DNA from: Promethearchaeota archaeon
GTDB lineage: Archaea; Asgardarchaeota; Lokiarchaeia; Sigyniarchaeales; SOKP01
Direction of reading: 5' to 3'
Assembly (NCBI GenBank): GCA_030603385.1
Contig: JAUVXW010000023.1
Location: 1-64,000 of the forward strand
Length of the DNA: 64,000 bases
The first letter of the stretch is position 1, and each line of letters opens with the position of its first letter. Of this stretch, positions 18,273 through 28,147 are shown piece after piece. Below the pieces are notes generated by a model that had not been told where the DNA came from, did no database searches, and was given only the letters and a program-made list of their open reading frames with translations. The translations under genes and the position numbers were made by a program.

Positions 18273-18471
18273 TGTGGTTCAACTCCTTAATTTTTATTTA
18301 TCAATTTAGATTTTTTATGTTAAATTTTAATTAAATTGAGTTTAATATTATTTGTTAAAAAATTATTCAATTAAAACCATTCTATTTAAAAATGAAATTA
18401 GATTTGAAAAATTGATATCTTATTGGCAAAAATGATATTTAGTGTTTTAACACGATAATGATAATCAAATT

Positions 18472-18909
18472 TTAGGTGTTAAAAGAGATAATAGCCGAAC
18501 CTTGGGTGGTAATTCTTTTTTCTTGAGTTTCTGTTAATACACTGATTTCTATTAGTCTTTCATCATCTTCTTGATATTTTTTCAGAATTTTACCTTTAAA
18601 AGTAAGAATATCATTTTCATTAGCAGGCGCTGAGTAGCGAATTTTGAAATTCTTTAAGGTTCCACCTTTAGCCCAGTTTAAAATATAACTTCCACTCATT
18701 GCCATTTGCAACATGCCGTGAGCGATACATCCCTTTAATCCTGTTTTTTTAGCAAATGATTCATCAAAATGAAGTAAGTTATAATCTCCAGAAGCCGATG
18801 CATAGTCAACTAATTGAACTCGTGTAATAGGGTCGCTTTTTACTTCAGGGAGTTCCGAACCTTCAGTTAATTCTTTATAATTTATAATTTTATTTGTCAT
18901 CTTAATCAT
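18472..18909 (-). CDS. MaoC-family (R)-specific dehydratase, catalytic subunit
   Basis: YASASGDYNLLH.D..FA...G....IAHGML hydratase-2 motif. Confidence 0.9.
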   Translation of the reverse strand: MIKMTNKIINYKELTEGSELPEVKSDPITRVQLVDYASASGDYNLLHFDESFAKKTGLKGCIAHGMLQMAMSGSYILNWAKGGTLKNFKIRYSAPANENDILTFKGKILKKYQEDDERLIEISVLTETQEKRITTQGSAIISFNT

Positions 18910-18926
18910 ACTCTTTTAAAATAAAT

Positions 18927-19370
18927 TTAATGGAATACTATTAGGGTGATAATTGCATCAAAAATTTTTTCATTTGTTTCTTTATTTTTTCCTCTTGTTA
19001 TTGCTGTTACTATATCCATTTTCCCTCGCGATCCTTCTTTTTCAACAAAGTTTTCTACTTTTGTTTGATATGTAATTGTGTCTCCGGCTACACACTGCGA
19101 ATAATATTTGAATTCTCTTCCACCGTCCAAAAGCTTTTGGTAATCAATACCCAGAGTAGCATAAAAGTTTTTCTTCCCAGAATAAGCCATTCTAGTAAAG
19201 AATGTGGGAGGAACAGGGATATCTTTATATCCTTGCTTTTTTGCTTCATTTAAATCATAATAAATTGGGTTGGTATCTCTAATTGCATTCGCAAATTGAG
19301 TAATTTTCCATCTACTGATTGTCCTTTCACTGGGTTCAAATTCATATCCAATAAATTTTCGGTCAAGCAT
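18927..19370 (-). CDS. MaoC dehydratase N-terminal/HadA-like hotdog subunit
   Basis: I..FANAI.DTNPIYYD...AK..GY..IPVPPTF, AGDTI. Confidence 0.85.
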   Translation of the reverse strand: MLDRKFIGYEFEPSERTISRWKITQFANAIRDTNPIYYDLNEAKKQGYKDIPVPPTFFTRMAYSGKKNFYATLGIDYQKLLDGGREFKYYSQCVAGDTITYQTKVENFVEKEGSRGKMDIVTAITRGKNKETNEKIFDAIITLIVFH

Positions 19371-19684
19371 AATACAATTTAAGGTTTAATTCAATATAAG
19401 ATTTCAATATTTGAGTTTTTAATTTTGCAGCCTGTTTTATTTTACCATAAAAATTAAAAGTTTACAATTAAAAGTAATCATTCACTGATAACTTTTCTTA
19501 ATAAAAACGAAATTTATATTTTTTATATTATTATCAATGATAGGATTATTTTAAAATAATCAACGAAAAAAATATAAATATTAGAATTAAGCAATTATTA
19601 AAATTTTAAAAATATTAACCTAAATGGTAAAATATTTTAGAAGCTTTGTGCAATATAAAGATTGGTTAAAGAGGTTAACGAAAA

Positions 19685-19882
19685 ATGGACTTTGATATAA
19701 AACTAAATATGGACGCATGTACAGGATGTGGTACATGTTATGAGGTATGCCCTTCTGAATGCTTTGGCGAACCTGAGGGTGGAAAAGTAAATATTATTGA
19801 AGAAAACAGAGAAGATTGTGTAGGTTGTAGGGCTTGCGAAACTCAATGTCCAGAAGAAGCAATTGAGATAATAGAGAATTAA
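19685..19882 (+). CDS. 2[4Fe-4S] ferredoxin
   Basis: CTGCGTCYEVCP and CVGCRACETQCP. Confidence 0.95.
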   Translation: MDFDIKLNMDACTGCGTCYEVCPSECFGEPEGGKVNIIEENREDCVGCRACETQCPEEAIEIIEN

Positions 19883-19986
19883 GTTTTCAGAATCGGTAAA
19901 TCTAATTTCTTTTTTTTATTTTTTCTTTTCTATTTTTGTTTTAAAAACACTGTGAGTATTAGAACCATTAAAATGTTCATTTGAAA

Positions 19987-21099
19987 TTACCATAATAATA
20001 TTCTGTCACAATTTTTACAGATCCCTTCGTTTATTTGCATATTAATACAGTTTTCGTGATATGGAGCTTTGCATTCTTTGCAAATAAAAATTTTTCCCAT
20101 ATGTTCAGTAAAATCATAGCCACAATATGCACATTTACTTGTATAAGAAAAATTATCAGAACTATTTACATCTAATTCAACTATTTGGGAAGTTCCTGTT
20201 AATCCTGTACCCCCAGAAGTGGGTGTTAAATAGTTATTTTGCTGGTTTTCTGCAGGTGTTTGAAAATATTGCTGTTGAGTTTGAGGTGTTACCCCATCAG
20301 AAACATATCCTGCTGCTGGAGTTTTTGAAATGCCCATCTTTTGAGAAACTTTTTCATCTAGAATATTTGTCATAATTAATGCTGATGCGTATTTGCCTTT
20401 AGCTCCTCCTTTCTGTAAGTGTGTGTGACTTATCATATGAATAATTCGTCCTCCCATTTTTCCATAGTCAAATTCTACGAGTACAGGAGATTCTCCCCAT
20501 TTGTTTTGAATTTCCCAGGAATTAATTAGTACTCTAACGGCTTGATGATTAATAATCTGGATTGGGAAAGAACGGGTTTCTAACCACCAACGAAATTCAG
20601 TTTTCTTTGTATTTTTCCCTGTTTGCTTCTGCCATTTACTCTGTTGGATTTCGCTTAAGACACCATCTAAAAATGGATGGTCTGGTTGAATAATTTGACA
20701 CGGAACAACTGCATCGGCGGTTTTTGCACGATTCCATCTTATATACCCAGGAAAAATATTTTCTATGATACTTTGAAGTGCCCAATCAGTAGTTATTAAC
20801 CATCCACCATTTGTTACAAAATCTTTTACTTTTGGATAAGCAGCATGGGGAATATCACTACCAGGGCACCCTATAAGAACTACATCATACTGTGATAGAT
20901 TTTCTTTCATGATTTCTCTTTCTTTTACAACTTTTTTCACTGAAGCGTACATATGTTCTACCACTTTTTTAGGTTTTTCATACCTTCCATTAATCGCTAA
21001 AATTTTTCCATGTTTTTCTACAGCTTTTACAACATCCTTTTTATTCAGTGCTTCCATCTTGCGTTTCTTAACTTCCGAATAGATGTCTTTCAAACTCAT
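19987..21099 (-). CDS. Class-I-GATase-like (flavodoxin-fold) domain protein with C-terminal C4HC3 zinc finger
   Basis: YDVVLIGCPG, FV.NGG.LITTDWA, G.GRIIH..SH; Q/T/P-rich linker; C-x2-C-x13-C-x2-C-x4-H-x2-C-x9-C-x2-C. Confidence 0.7.
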   Translation of the reverse strand: MSLKDIYSEVKKRKMEALNKKDVVKAVEKHGKILAINGRYEKPKKVVEHMYASVKKVVKEREIMKENLSQYDVVLIGCPGSDIPHAAYPKVKDFVTNGGWLITTDWALQSIIENIFPGYIRWNRAKTADAVVPCQIIQPDHPFLDGVLSEIQQSKWQKQTGKNTKKTEFRWWLETRSFPIQIINHQAVRVLINSWEIQNKWGESPVLVEFDYGKMGGRIIHMISHTHLQKGGAKGKYASALIMTNILDEKVSQKMGISKTPAAGYVSDGVTPQTQQQYFQTPAENQQNNYLTPTSGGTGLTGTSQIVELDVNSSDNFSYTSKCAYCGYDFTEHMGKIFICKECKAPYHENCINMQINEGICKNCDRILLW

Positions 21100-21180
21100 T
21101 TGATCAGCCTTTAAATAATATTATAAGGAATTTAGTGTTATTTTATAATTATTATAAAATAATTATTATATATATTTTGA

Positions 21181-22689
21181 TTGGAAGGTATATTTTTGTC
21201 AAAATTAAAAGAGTTAGGACAACCTCCTGAATTTTGGGAATATTTCGAACAAATTACTAAAATCCCTCGATGTTCAGAGCACGAAGAAAAAGTGAGAACT
21301 TATATAAAGGAAGAAGCTGAGAAATTAGGGTTTGAAACTAAAGTTGATAAAACAGGTAATCTTGTAGTACGAGTTCCAGCAAAAAAAAAACCAAAAGATA
21401 AAGTTGTTTTACAATGTCATATGGATATGGTGTGCGAAAAAAATGAGGGGATTTCTCATGATTTTTCTAAAGATCCATTAAAATTAAAAATAATTGAAAT
21501 TGACAATGAAAAATGGGTTACTGCTGAAGGAACCACATTAGGTGCTGATAATGGGGTTGGTATAGGGTATTTATTAACACTTATGAAAAAAATTCATGAT
21601 GGGGAATTGAACTTCAATTCACTAGAATTTGATCTTTTGTTTACTGTTGATGAAGAAATAGGTTTACGTGGAGCATTCAAAATTGATGATGATTTAATAC
21701 AGGGGAATTTTCTTATTAACTTAGATGCAGAAGACGAGGATTCCGTGACAATTGGCTGTGCAGGGGGAAGAGTTACTTTTTTTCATATAAAAAAGGAAAC
21801 TTTTAAGATAAATGGGGAAGAAAATCTAATTCCAATAAGAATTTTTGTATCTGGTTTGATTGGCGGACATTCAGGTGTTGATATTCATCTAGGAAGGGGA
21901 AATGCATTAAAAATCATAGGGGAAGTGCTATGGAAATTAAATAACAAGTATAAGATATGTATTAACTCTATAAATGGTGGCAACAGAACTAATGTGATAC
22001 CTAGGGAAGCCAGAGCTAATATCTTTATTAGGGAAGAGGATTTTTTAGAGATACGTGAATTTATTAAGGACCTTGTAATTAAAATCAAGGTAGTCTTTAA
22101 TGGTATTGAACCTGAAATGGATATTTCGGTTGAAAAAGTGGATAAATATGATGAAAACGAGGTGTTTACAAAAAGAATTCAAGATAATATTCTTAATCTT
22201 ATGTATACAATACCAAATGGCCCTCTTTCTATGCATCCAAAAATTAAGGATCTTGTTTTTACTTCATCTAATTTAGGAGTAATAAAAACTGAAAAGGATA
22301 AGATCGAAATAAAATTAAGTCAACGAAGTCTGAACGAATTCTTTAAAATTATTATTTGGGAAAAAGTTATATCTTTATTTAAATTAACGGATTTAGAGAT
22401 AGATATCATTATAGATTCCGATTATCCTGGTTGGCAACCAAATTTTAATTCTAAACTTTTAAAGTTAACTAAAGATGCATTTAAAGCGTTATTTAAAAAA
22501 AAGATTGATGTTAAAGCGATTCATGCAGGATTAGAATGTGGAATTTTGAAGAAAAAATATCCAGACATGGAAATGATATCAATTGGTCCTAAAAATATTG
22601 GAGCTCATTCCCCCGATGAGAGAATATCGATACATTCTGTGGAGAAGATTTGGAATTTCTTGATATCCTTATTAGGAAAACTAAATTAA
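21181..22689 (+). CDS. pepD: Aminoacyl-histidine dipeptidase (M20C)
   Basis: LQCHMDMVCEK, GTTLGADNG, FTVDEE, NLDAE, GGHSG, IHAGLECG, HSPDE. Confidence 0.95.
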   Translation: MEGIFLSKLKELGQPPEFWEYFEQITKIPRCSEHEEKVRTYIKEEAEKLGFETKVDKTGNLVVRVPAKKKPKDKVVLQCHMDMVCEKNEGISHDFSKDPLKLKIIEIDNEKWVTAEGTTLGADNGVGIGYLLTLMKKIHDGELNFNSLEFDLLFTVDEEIGLRGAFKIDDDLIQGNFLINLDAEDEDSVTIGCAGGRVTFFHIKKETFKINGEENLIPIRIFVSGLIGGHSGVDIHLGRGNALKIIGEVLWKLNNKYKICINSINGGNRTNVIPREARANIFIREEDFLEIREFIKDLVIKIKVVFNGIEPEMDISVEKVDKYDENEVFTKRIQDNILNLMYTIPNGPLSMHPKIKDLVFTSSNLGVIKTEKDKIEIKLSQRSLNEFFKIIIWEKVISLFKLTDLEIDIIIDSDYPGWQPNFNSKLLKLTKDAFKALFKKKIDVKAIHAGLECGILKKKYPDMEMISIGPKNIGAHSPDERISIHSVEKIWNFLISLLGKLN

Positions 22690-22761
22690 AATATCAAAAT
22701 TCATTCGAAGGTATTTGAAAAAATTATTAAATTGTAATAAATAATTTAATTATAGTTAATT

Positions 22762-23283
22762 ATGCAAAAACAGCTAAAAACTAAAAAAGAACTTAAAAAA
22801 GAAGAAATAATTGGTTCTGAGACTGTGATGGAGAAAATTAAAAGGAAGACTCCATGGGTTCTTGGAAATACACTAAGAAAACCAAAAGTAAATTTCCCAA
22901 AATTGAGGCATCCAAAATTATCACTTCCTATGCCGTCAAGGTCTTTAAGTATAATAGTTGTATTCATAATATTATTTGTACTTCAGACAGGAATAGCGTA
23001 TTTACTTGTTAGAGAACCACCCGCATTAGGGGCAACTCAGGGCGGAGATCCCATTTTTATATTAAAAGATATTAATGAAGCTTTCATAATTGAGAGCATT
23101 GTGGCTTCAATCCTAATTTTATTATGCTCTACTGGATTTGTATTTTTGTATCAAGCGTCAAAATATGTTTATAATCGAAAAATGGCAATAACGATTCTAA
23201 TAATTGGACTCCTAACGATAATCATCTGCTTCATAGCATTGCAATATATAATAGCCGTTAAGACAGGAGTTTTGGCTCAGTAA
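22762..23283 (+). CDS. Oligosaccharyltransferase subunit OSTC/DC2 (OST3/OST6 family)-like
   Basis: PKL.HP...MPS, G..Y.L..EPP.LG, F...IN..FIIE.I.AS.L.....GF; 3 TM. Confidence 0.75.
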   Translation: MQKQLKTKKELKKEEIIGSETVMEKIKRKTPWVLGNTLRKPKVNFPKLRHPKLSLPMPSRSLSIIVVFIILFVLQTGIAYLLVREPPALGATQGGDPIFILKDINEAFIIESIVASILILLCSTGFVFLYQASKYVYNRKMAITILIIGLLTIIICFIALQYIIAVKTGVLAQ

Positions 23284-23302
23284 TAAGTGAAAAATTTTTA
23301 TA

Positions 23303-24454
23303 TTATTTTACTTCACAAATTTTTATCTCATCATAATCTACATAAACTTTGTATAATCCTCGCAAATTTTTATCTAATTCAGAATCTCGAGTATCTAAAC
23401 GTAATATTTGATTTGCTATATTTTGTAATTTAAATTTTGATGAAATAATAATAATATTTTTGGAGCTTACTTTCTTTATCACTTGTGGAGTAAATTGTAG
23501 ATTACCTCTTCCAAATATAAAACCTTGTTTACCTATTGGGGATATGATAATTATAGCGTTACTTTTTTTAATATATCTTAAAATTTCTTTTTCATTTAAA
23601 TCAGTTGCTATTATTTTTTTATTTAAACACAAATCAATACCTAATATTGTTTTAGGTTGATTTAATTTATCTGCTATAACTTTGGTCGTAGTTCCTGGGC
23701 CTAAAAGATAATATATATCATTTTTTAATGACTCAATTATTCGTTTCGCGATACGTTCTTGGTTATCTAAATCAGATTCAGGTGAACCCATTTTAGATAA
23801 TTGCATATAATCTGGACTAAAAGGTGTAAGTAAATATCCATATAAACTTGTTATCAATTTTCCATTCCTATATTCATTTTCATTTATATCTAACACTACT
23901 GACTCTTTCAATGGAATTTCATCCAATAGAAATTGAAGTATAAGGCTACTTGCTACTTTAGGGTTTAGGGAAAACACACTTGAATAAATTTTCACACCCG
24001 CAGGAATTCCTAAACAAGGTACAGTTTTACCAATTATATTAAAAATATCTCTGGCTGTGCCATCACCACCAACAAATAATAAAAGATTTAGGTCATCAAA
24101 GTGTTTTATGATTCCAGCAGCAACTTTAGTATGATTAGCAGTAGTATCTAAGATTTCTTCCACTTTATTGAATAATGGATGTTTAATACAAGTATATTCA
24201 AAATTAAACTCCTTTTCTAAAAATAAAGATTCACCCATAATTCCAGGGCAGATTATAAATTTCAAATTTGCCTTTATGGATTTTAATTCAATTAAGAGTT
24301 CTCTAGTTCGGTCTACAGCGCTCGGTTTAGCTCCCATTTCTATAGCGTCTAGTAAAATTTCTTTACCATCAGTCCCTTTTAATCCAACAGATCCGCCCAT
24401 TCCTGAGATTGGGTTTATTATCAAACCTATTGTGAATTTAATTTGATCTTTCAT
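23303..24454 (-). CDS. ATP-NAD kinase/AcoX family protein
   Basis: INPISGMGGSVGLKGTDG, GGDGTARD, GIPAGVK.YS.VF, GPGTT, QGFIFGRGN.Q. Confidence 0.9.
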   Translation of the reverse strand: MKDQIKFTIGLIINPISGMGGSVGLKGTDGKEILLDAIEMGAKPSAVDRTRELLIELKSIKANLKFIICPGIMGESLFLEKEFNFEYTCIKHPLFNKVEEILDTTANHTKVAAGIIKHFDDLNLLLFVGGDGTARDIFNIIGKTVPCLGIPAGVKIYSSVFSLNPKVASSLILQFLLDEIPLKESVVLDINENEYRNGKLITSLYGYLLTPFSPDYMQLSKMGSPESDLDNQERIAKRIIESLKNDIYYLLGPGTTTKVIADKLNQPKTILGIDLCLNKKIIATDLNEKEILRYIKKSNAIIIISPIGKQGFIFGRGNLQFTPQVIKKVSSKNIIIISSKFKLQNIANQILRLDTRDSELDKNLRGLYKVYVDYDEIKICEVK

Positions 24455-24524
24455 GCTTCTTAGAAATTATTAATTTTAAAAAAAAGAAAAAAAATTATAG
24501 AGTAAAAATGAAATTTCTGGCTTA

Positions 24525-24917
24525 TTATCCAGTAAAAGCATTATAAGCTGCTTCATCTAATAAATTACCCTTTTCAGCATCCCAGTTCGAAGGATCGATT
24601 TTATAGAGCCAAGCTGCAAAACTATCTTCGTTAATCTTTTCTGGCTCATCCATTAAATCAGAATTAATTGCGGTGACTGTCCCCGAGACTGGACTATAGA
24701 TATCTCCAACAGCTTTACTGCTTTCTACAGTACAATCTATTGGGTCGCTAGTGGGCTCATCTCCATCCATTTTTACTTGTTCTAGTTCGGCACCATCAAG
24801 ACCCTCAACATCAACAAAAGAAATCTCACCTAATTGTTCAGCGGCAAAAGGGGTAAGTCCTACTTCTTTTGTTCCATCATCAAACCATTGATGTGTTTTA
24901 GTAAACCATTTAGCCAT
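24525..24917 (-). CDS. gcvH: Glycine cleavage system H-like lipoyl carrier protein
   Basis: THQW, VGLT.FA..QLG.I, VESSKAVGDIYSPVSG lipoyl-Lys motif, PEKIN. Confidence 0.93.
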   Translation of the reverse strand: MAKWFTKTHQWFDDGTKEVGLTPFAAEQLGEISFVDVEGLDGAELEQVKMDGDEPTSDPIDCTVESSKAVGDIYSPVSGTVTAINSDLMDEPEKINEDSFAAWLYKIDPSNWDAEKGNLLDEAAYNAFTG

Positions 24918-25037
24918 TTTTGTCTAACTCCTTTTATATTTATTTATGAATTAAAATAATATTGAATTAAATAGTATGTTTTTATTAATTAAGGTAATAA
25001 TTTAAAATTTTATTATTGAGATTTAAAGTTAGATTAT

Positions 25038-25883
25038 TTGAATGATATGGTTTCAAAACTAGAGAATAAACTAAATTTCTATGATGAATTTAAAGATTTT
25101 TATTTTCAAATAATAAGAGATTTTAAATTTGATTATCAAAAAGACTGTAAAGCACGTGATTATTTATCAGGTATCTTAGCTAAAAAAAACCATAACTGGA
25201 TAATAGAGAATATTATAAAATCCTTTAGAAACCAGATTGGATCAAAACCAGCAATTTCAATTTATGGCTGTGGTCCTTCATTAAAAGAGACCGTTGATAC
25301 AATATTGAGACTAAAAGGGAGAAATTTTTTTGAAAAATTTATCAATTTAGCTGCTAATGGTGCTTCAGTCTTTTTGAGAGAAAGAAATATAACAATTGAT
25401 GCAATATTTTCAGATCTAGATGGAATAACAAAGAATGAATTTAATTATTCAAATTTTAATATAATTCATGCACATGGAGATAACATTGAAAAATTAATAT
25501 CTTTTGAAAAGGATATACTAGAATTTGAAAATGTTATAGGAACGACTCAAGTGGAACCCATAGAGAATGTTGTAAGCCCTGGAGGGTTTACAGATGGAGA
25601 TAGGATTCTTTATTTTATTCATAAATTATTAAATCCATCTCAAACGATATTTCTAATCGGAATGGATTTTAAGAACATTGTTGGGAAATACTCCAAATTA
25701 GATATTAAGAGCGATCAAGAAGGTTCTTTGATTAAAAAAAAGAAACTACGCTATGCAGTTGAGTTATTAGAGTGGATTAAAACCAAAATAATAAATGAGA
25801 TGTTTTTTGTAAATTCTGAGGTAGTATCTGATAAATTTAAATATATTTCTATAAAAGATCTTTTAGAAATGGTTAATTCTTGA
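25038..25883 (+). CDS. mptE: 6-hydroxymethyl-7,8-dihydropterin pyrophosphokinase (MptE/DUF115)
   Basis: G.GPSL, SDLDG, HAHGDN, GTTQ, GGFTDGDR, GMDF, KKKKL. Confidence 0.88.
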   Translation: MNDMVSKLENKLNFYDEFKDFYFQIIRDFKFDYQKDCKARDYLSGILAKKNHNWIIENIIKSFRNQIGSKPAISIYGCGPSLKETVDTILRLKGRNFFEKFINLAANGASVFLRERNITIDAIFSDLDGITKNEFNYSNFNIIHAHGDNIEKLISFEKDILEFENVIGTTQVEPIENVVSPGGFTDGDRILYFIHKLLNPSQTIFLIGMDFKNIVGKYSKLDIKSDQEGSLIKKKKLRYAVELLEWIKTKIINEMFFVNSEVVSDKFKYISIKDLLEMVNS

Positions 25884-25887
25884 ATTT

Positions 25888-26706
25888 TTAAATCATATAG
25901 TCTTGAATCCCTTTTGACGTAATTTTATAAAGAAGTTTTCTTTCTGAAAGATTTAATGAATTAACTAGTTGAACATAATTCATTTCTCTATTTTTTTTGC
26001 TCAAATATATGTATTCTGAAAAGAAGTGATTTAAAAACTGATTTCCTACAGGTAATTCTCGAATTATTGCTTTTTCAGAGAAATTGGAAGCAACTTGGGA
26101 AGTTACTATTGTAATTAAATTATATTTATAAGTAAGCTCATCAATTTTTTTTACAATCTTAAAAAATGCATCCTTTGCTTTATAAAATGAAATACTTCTA
26201 TTGCCTAAATCAGACCTAAAATGATTGTTAATTGTGTCAATAATTAATATACCTCCACGATTTTTCATAATAGCATTTTCAAAATCCTTTAAAGCAAGTA
26301 AAAATGCTGAATTACTCATAATTTTTGATACTAAGATACTTTCAAGTACACTATGAATTTCAAACTCAGAAGGTGTTAATAATTCTCTTATTCTTTCAGG
26401 ACGAAATGTGTTTTCTGTATCAAAATAAAAAATGTATTTAATATTTTTAAATCCTAATATTTTATTGAGATGTTTATAAGCTTGAACACATAATTGGTGA
26501 CATAACTGGGTTTTGCCTGTTTTGCTAGACCCAAATATCAAATATTTCTTTTTTGAACAAAAACCGCCTCCTATTACATCATCAAAATTTCTAGAACCCA
26601 AGGGTAAAATTATTCGATTTTTTTGCTGATCTTGTGATATTGAAATAATTTGGCTAGGGTTTATGATTTGGGATTTTTTAATTTCTAAAATTTCATGAAG
26701 ACACAT
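25888..26706 (-). CDS. RadA/Rad51 paralogue (RecA-fold ATPase, lacks N-terminal HhH domain)
   Basis: Walker A GSSKTGKTQLCHQL, DTENTFRPERI, Walker B LIIDT. Confidence 0.9.
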   Translation of the reverse strand: MCLHEILEIKKSQIINPSQIISISQDQQKNRIILPLGSRNFDDVIGGGFCSKKKYLIFGSSKTGKTQLCHQLCVQAYKHLNKILGFKNIKYIFYFDTENTFRPERIRELLTPSEFEIHSVLESILVSKIMSNSAFLLALKDFENAIMKNRGGILIIDTINNHFRSDLGNRSISFYKAKDAFFKIVKKIDELTYKYNLITIVTSQVASNFSEKAIIRELPVGNQFLNHFFSEYIYLSKKNREMNYVQLVNSLNLSERKLLYKITSKGIQDYMI

Positions 26707-26877
26707 TTATATGTATTAAGGTAATTTAAATTTAAATATAGTTTGCAGATACTAATTAAAACCTAAATAATTAGAAGTCTAGATTAAAAACGAAAAATTA
26801 ATTTAAAAATAAACATAAAATTAATATCATAGTGCTTAAAATGTAAAATTTGGAAAAAATATTAATATCCCAATAAA

Positions 26878-27489
26878 ATGGCTAAAAAGAAAAAAGAAAC
26901 TTGCCCGTATTGTGGGAAGAGTTTTGCTTATTTATCTCGTCATAAATGTAAAATAAAAGAAAGAATTGAAGGGCCCACGGATGAAAAATCAGAAGTCGAA
27001 CGAAGAATTGAAAGAATAGAAGAAAAAAAGAAAGAATTTAATAGGGCATTACGTAAAAACGAAAAAGTAGTATTAAATATTATTAATCGAGAAAAGGTGC
27101 TCTATTTTAATGATCTTCGAAAGCTAAGTGATGCAGAGTCTAATGAATTAGAGGAAATTTTAGACATTTTATTCTTACAGTCAAAAATCAATATAAAGAG
27201 AGAGTTAGTTGAAGCTTCTTGGACAAAACGTATTAATTCAATTGAAGAATTAGATGTCAAAGTTAAAGCTGTTAAAATAGACAAAGATCAAAAAGAGTTT
27301 GTATGGAATATGTTTTCTAGACAGCCATGTTTTATCTGTCCTTTTCGAGGTAAGTGTAATGATACAAATATGGATCAGTTTAATCCACTTCAATGCCCAT
27401 GGCTAACAGAGTGGATTGATATTAGATCAAATGATAAAGAATATAATATAAATTTTGATGAAATAAAAGCACGTTTACGAAATATCTAA
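26878..27489 (+). CDS. RPC34/TFE-beta-like protein (Zn finger + winged helix + C-terminal Fe-S motif)
   Basis: N-terminal CPYC...HKC; C-terminal PCFICP...C....FNP.QCPWL.EW. Confidence 0.8.
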   Translation: MAKKKKETCPYCGKSFAYLSRHKCKIKERIEGPTDEKSEVERRIERIEEKKKEFNRALRKNEKVVLNIINREKVLYFNDLRKLSDAESNELEEILDILFLQSKINIKRELVEASWTKRINSIEELDVKVKAVKIDKDQKEFVWNMFSRQPCFICPFRGKCNDTNMDQFNPLQCPWLTEWIDIRSNDKEYNINFDEIKARLRNI

Positions 27490-28137
27490 TTATCTCTTCT
27501 GCAATCCAATAAGATAAATTTCATTACTTTTTTTTTTGGATGATCTTGGTTTAAGAGCTTTCAATATTCTAAATTCCTTCTTAATTTTTTTAACCAATTT
27601 GTTAAAATCGGATCCTTGAAAAGTTTTCAACACCAAAACACCCTTATATTTTAAATGAGTTTTTGCTAGATCAAGAATTTTATAACAAAGATTAATCTGT
27701 TTTAAATGGTCTGAGAATTTATTACCTATTTTATTAATAGAGGCATCAGATATTATTAAGTCAATTTTAGTCTGAAAATAAGATTGAACTTTATAATAAA
27801 ATTCAGGATTTGTGAAATCCATAATTAGTAGGTCAATGTTTTCAATCGGGGATACTTTTTTAATATCAACACCCAATATTTTATAATGATCTCGATGGTA
27901 ATACTGATCATTATATTTAATTAAATTATCCTCTGCAAATCTTTTAGCAACTTGAAGCCAAGAACCTGGAGCAGATCCTAAATCTAAGATATAGAATGCT
28001 CTTTTGAAAATATTATATCTTTTTTGAATATCTAATAATTTGTATGCAGATCTTGCTCTAAATCCTTCTTTTTTTGCTTTCTGATAATGTGGATCTTTTT
28101 TATGATTTGTATGATTATTTGTCAAGATGATTTTCAA
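27490..28137 (-). CDS. rlmE: 23S rRNA 2'-O-methyltransferase RlmE/FtsJ
   Basis: DPHY.KAK.EG.RARSAYKL, LDLGSAPGSW, ISDA, K.FQG, KP.SS...S.E.Y. Confidence 0.93.
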   Translation of the reverse strand: MKIILTNNHTNHKKDPHYQKAKKEGFRARSAYKLLDIQKRYNIFKRAFYILDLGSAPGSWLQVAKRFAEDNLIKYNDQYYHRDHYKILGVDIKKVSPIENIDLLIMDFTNPEFYYKVQSYFQTKIDLIISDASINKIGNKFSDHLKQINLCYKILDLAKTHLKYKGVLVLKTFQGSDFNKLVKKIKKEFRILKALKPRSSKKKSNEIYLIGLQKR

Positions 28138-28147
28138 TCTAATAATC

